A stretch of DNA of 64,000 nt, from the NCBI RefSeq assembly GCF_963506605.1, contig NC_083288.1, forward strand, positions 28,644,001 through 28,708,000, in the 5' to 3' direction. Origin of the DNA: Zootoca vivipara (taxonomy: Eukaryota). Below, piece by piece: positions 60,289-64,000 of this stretch. The position numbers and the translations under genes are program-made. The first letter of the stretch is position 1. Each line of letters begins with the position of its first letter. The notes below the pieces were generated by a model. It was not told the DNA's origin and did not search any database. It was given only the letters and a program-made list of their open reading frames with translations.

Positions 60289-60965
60289 TTACTGTGGCAC
60301 CTTTCCCCTTTCCACAAGTCTTCTTAATGCTCCTTTTACTTCCTGATTTTTGAGTGTGTAGATGAGGGGGTTTAACATGGGTGTCACTACCCCATAGAAA
60401 AAAGAAAGTTTTAACAAGCTGCCCCCCCCAAAAAAAATGCTTACCACAGTCAGGTGGGAAACATATATTGAGAAAGCCTTCAACCTGCCACCTGATGAAA
60501 GAGTTCTTAGCATGGCCATTATAATGCACAAGTATGAGAAAAGAAGAAAGGCAAAGGGGCCAAGAAATGTGAGAACCCCAGTTGAGAATATTACCAGATG
60601 GTTCAAAGGGGTATCTGGGCAGATAAGCTTCAGAACTGCTTTCACTTTACATGTCACATGGTCAATCATGTTGTTTCTGCAAAAGTGAGCTGGCATTGCA
60701 TAAATTGGGACTATTCCTAAAAATACATCACTGTTCCATGTTCCAGCTGCTAACTGAATACAACATATCTTGCTCATGATTAGCATGTAATGCAGTGAAC
60801 TGGAAATGGTGATATACTGGAAATAATAATAATATGTCCCGCCCTCCCTGGCCGAAGCCATGATGGCCAAGAGGAAGCATTCAGTCGTACCTAACCAGAC
60901 ACCACTGCTTATTTGGAAGTAACACATCACAAAGGACATTATGGGTTTGTCCACCAGAAGATCCA
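60289..60965 (-). pseudogene. OR pseudogene: 5' part lost at an L2 insertion, DRY motif destroyed, TM6-ECL3 deletion
   Basis: LLVDKPIMSFVMCYFQ...ECFLLAIMA(SAREGGTYYYYFQY)ITISSSLHY...KAFSIYVSHL...[17 protein letters not shown]1-TM2 absent. Confidence 0.93.
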
Positions 60966-60974
60966 CATTCCTAC

Positions 60975-61797
60975 TTGAGATTGAATCTTGACAAGACAGA
61001 AGTACTGTTTGTGGGGGACAGGAGGCGGGCAAGTGTGGAGGACTCCCTGGTCCTGAATGGGGTAACTGTGCCCCTGAAGGACCAGGTGTGCAGCCTGGGA
61101 GTCATTTTGGACTCACAGCTGTCCATGGAGGCGCAGGTCAATTCTGTGTCCAGGGCAGCTGTTTATCAGCTCCATCTGGTATGCAGGCTGAGACCCTACC
61201 TGCCTGCAGACTGTCTCACCAGAGTGGTGCATGCTCTAGTTATCTCTCGCGTGGACTACTTCAATGTGCTCTATGTGGGGCTACCTTTGAAGATGACCCG
61301 GAAACTACAACTAATCCAGAATGCGGCAGCTAGACTGGTGACTGGGAGCGGCCGCCGAGACCACATAACACAGGTCTTGAAATATCTACATTGGCTCCCA
61401 GTACGTTTCTGAGCACAATTCAAAGTGTTGCTGCTGACCTTTAAACCCTATATGGCCTCAGTCCAGTATACCTGAAGGAGCGTCTCCTCCCCCATTGTTC
61501 TGCCCGGACACTGAGGTCCAGCGCCTAGGGCCTTCTGGCGGTTCCCTCGCTACGAGAAGCCAAGTTACAGGGAACCAGGCAGAGGGTCTTCTCGGTAGTG
61601 GCACCCACCCTGTGGAATGCCCTCCCACCAGAGGTCAAAGAGAACAACAATTACCAGACCTTTAGAAGGCATCTCAAGACAGCCCTGTTTAGGGAAGCTT
61701 TTTAATGTTTGATGGATTTCTGTATTTTAATATTTTGTTGGAAGCTGCCCAGAGTGGCTGGGGGAACCTGGCCAGATGGGCGGGGTATAAATAATAA

Positions 61798-61844
<47 letters not shown>

Positions 61845-61864
61845 TACTACTACTACTACTACTA
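60975..61864 (+). mobile_element. Young L2 LINE, 5'-truncated, with (TTA)n(CTA)n tail
   Basis: LRLNLDKTEVL...SLGVILDSQLSM...LVISRVDYFN...LQLIQNAAARL...HIT...LHWLPV and 3' end gatgggcggggtataaataataaa. Confidence 0.94.
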
Positions 61865-62377
61865 TTTGAACAGTTTTCTGGGGGGTGTAGCACATAACAT
61901 TGGTGGTGCGGGCAAAGATAAAAGTAGTTGGGATCAGAGGCAAAAAGTGTGGGGAGCAACACACAAAATACAGCCTTACTCATATAGGCTGTGTTGCTGC
62001 CACGGAAAAAATCAAAGGATTATACATGCATAACTCTTTCTTCCATCACAGCAGGCAGTTCAATAATACATTCATGCACTTGAGGAGAAAGGGCATTATG
62101 GGGTGTGGCATGGTGAGAGTCCCAAACACCAGACAGAGCGAGCATGAGAACTGCATATGCCTCCTGGATATGAGATTCCACACCTCTGTACACATGTAGA
62201 CTCTCCATGGTTAGAGGCTTCATACCAGTTGCTGGACAATGCAGGAGGAGAGAGTACAATTGTGCCCAGGTTCTGCTTGGGGATTTCCCATGAGCATATC
62301 GCTTGCCACTGTGACAGCAGGATGCTGGCTTATATTGACCCTTGGTCTGAGTTCCTTTCCCTAGTAATAGTCCAAGA

Positions 62378-62513
62378 AAGGCATAGGCAAACTTGGTCCT
62401 CCAGATGTTTTGAGACTACAATTCCCATCATCCCTGACCACTGATCCTGTTAGCTGGAGATGATGGGAGTTGCAGTCCCAAAACATCTGGAGGGCCGAGT
62501 TTGCCTATGCTTG
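62378..62513. mobile_element. hAT MITE at the same site as 56179 (copied by duplication)
   Basis: Same termini and same imperfect TSD gtccaaga / ctccaaga. Confidence 0.92.
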
Positions 62514-63368
62514 CTCCAAGAGTTGGACACTACAGGGCAGGGCCAGTGGCTCAGGGTCTGAAGGCTTGACCCTGTTATTTCCCACATCCGAGTTACATAA
62601 AACCTCCAAAAAGCTACTGTGTCATAGATAATAGTGACAATGTTAAATATGTACCTTGGTTTACTGGGTGTATCTGGCACTATTTAAAGTGCTGCTATTG
62701 AACTTTGAAAACCTTCTGCAGGTTGAGGAAGGCCAATATCTTAACAGATAAATGTACTCAGGTCTTAAGATCAGCATAACAGATAGGCCCATGATCAAGA
62801 TAAATGAAGTTACTGAGATTAAGAGACAGTGCCTTCTTTATTGTCATTCACCAATTTACACTGTTGTTCACTTTAAGTTGTTACATCCTTACTTTTTCAT
62901 ACTGACTGTGTATGCGTATATTAACTTGCTTGTCGATGTGTTTTTGTTTTTACATTTTATTGTTACTGATACTCATCGAAAGATATGAAAAAGTTTATAC
63001 CCACCACAAAGTATCTTTTTAAAATATACTGGAATAAAGGGGTGGGTGGGGAATTAATCTAAAAAGAACCAGGAGCAAAGAGAAGGAAGAAGGATAGAGA
63101 GAGGGAAGAAAGAAAAAGAAAATAAAAATTTATGGGGGAGTAAAAGGGGGGAAATAAAAAGAAAAATGTTGAAAAGACTTTTAATTCTCTGTAAGCTAAA
63201 TATAACTAGTTGTTGAAAGTATTCACTCAAATGGATATCAAACTATTTTATTTTCTATAAACCATTATTTTTTACCCAATCTTCAATTCCAGTTATTAAA
63301 AGTTCATCTTCTCTTTCACGCAAAAAGTTCATAAGAAGTTTCCAATTCTTAATAAAAGTCTATAATGA

Positions 63369-63525
63369 CCGCTCCCCACATCAAATGGCCATACACCTAA
63401 TGCCTAAGCCAAATATCTGAAGTTTTAATAAAGTTGTGGCCAATTTTAATCCCATAACATAGTGTCTTGAGTCATTATTCCACCTGGGGGTCGCCTGGGG
63501 TTGGGGGGACTCGGCTTGTCCACGC
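63369..63525 (+). mobile_element. Short copy of the 'aataaagttgtggcc' repeat family
   Basis: Absent at paralogous sites 45340 and 57190. aatga is present at both junctions. Confidence 0.85.
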
Positions 63526-63681
63526 AATGATTTTTCCTGATTAAACATGTTAAGTTTATTATCTCAGCTAAGTCCAATAATTTTATCAAACATTGCTCAA
63601 TAAGAGGGACTATATATTTCTAGAATTTGCTTGTTTTTTCATTGTTGATTACATTTGTTTGTTTGTAATTAAATAATTCCT

Positions 63682-64000
63682 TTACCTTACCATAAGTCTT
63701 CTTAAGGCTCCTTTTACTTCTTGATTTCTGAGTGTGTAGATTAATGGGTTTAACATAGGAGTCACAGTTCCATAGAAGAGAGAAATTGCCTTATCCAGTT
63801 CATGTGTGGCTTTAGTTTGAGGTCGGATATATGAGAATATAGCAGTGCCATAGAAAATGGTTACCACAGTCAAATGGGATGCACATGTGGAAAAGGCCTT
63901 CAGTCTCCCACCTGATGAATGGATTCTCAGAACAGCCACAATAATGCGTAAATATGAGAAAAGGATAAAGGTAAAAGGAGCAAGCAATGTGAGGGATCCA
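63682..64000 (-). CDS. Olfactory receptor (OR13/OR2-like), 3' part; the rest lies beyond the window
   Basis: [16 protein letters not shown]...[10 protein letters not shown]...[25 protein letters not shown]. Open to the window edge and very similar to 57323. Confidence 0.9.
   Translation of the reverse strand, partial: GSLTLLAPFTFILFSYLRIIVAVLRIHSSGGRLKAFSTCASHLTVVTIFYGTAIFSYIRPQTKATHELDKAISLFYGTVTPMLNPLIYTLRNQEVKGALRRLMVR

Noticed and set aside
60966-61032. 247-aa ORF 60289-61032 as a functional chimeric OR
   Set aside because: N-terminus is antisense L2. TM1-2, the DRY motif and part of TM6/ECL3 are missing.

Overview
Vertebrate genomic DNA. It is almost certainly a squamate reptile, probably a lacertid-like lizard, judged from Sauria SINE, Squam3-like SINE, Bov-B and squamate MITEs. 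The window is a tandem cluster of class II olfactory receptor (OR) genes. It holds 11 intact single-coding-exon ORs: seven OR11/OR6-like on + (1.7-31.7 kb), one OR11/6-like on - (35.2 kb) and three OR13/OR2-like (40.3 kb +, 49.4 kb +, 57.3 kb -). One further OR is cut by the window end, and there are at least five OR pseudogenes or remnants. The cluster grew by local segmental duplication, and the coding regions show patchwork gene conversion. Most genes have a conserved upstream block with a splice donor and an acceptor at or just before the ATG. Intergenic DNA is full of transposons: hAT, Tigger and Harbinger MITEs, L2, RTE/Bov-B, CR1, L1-like and Penelope-like fragments, a solo LTR, and a decayed Ngaro-type tyrosine-recombinase retrotransposon with an SGNH-hydrolase ORF that replaced an OR gene. 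I see no clearly new system. The best leads are a possible spliced alternative C-terminal exon in the minus-strand ORs, the Ngaro element with a possibly related repeat family, and the mosaic OR coding sequences.
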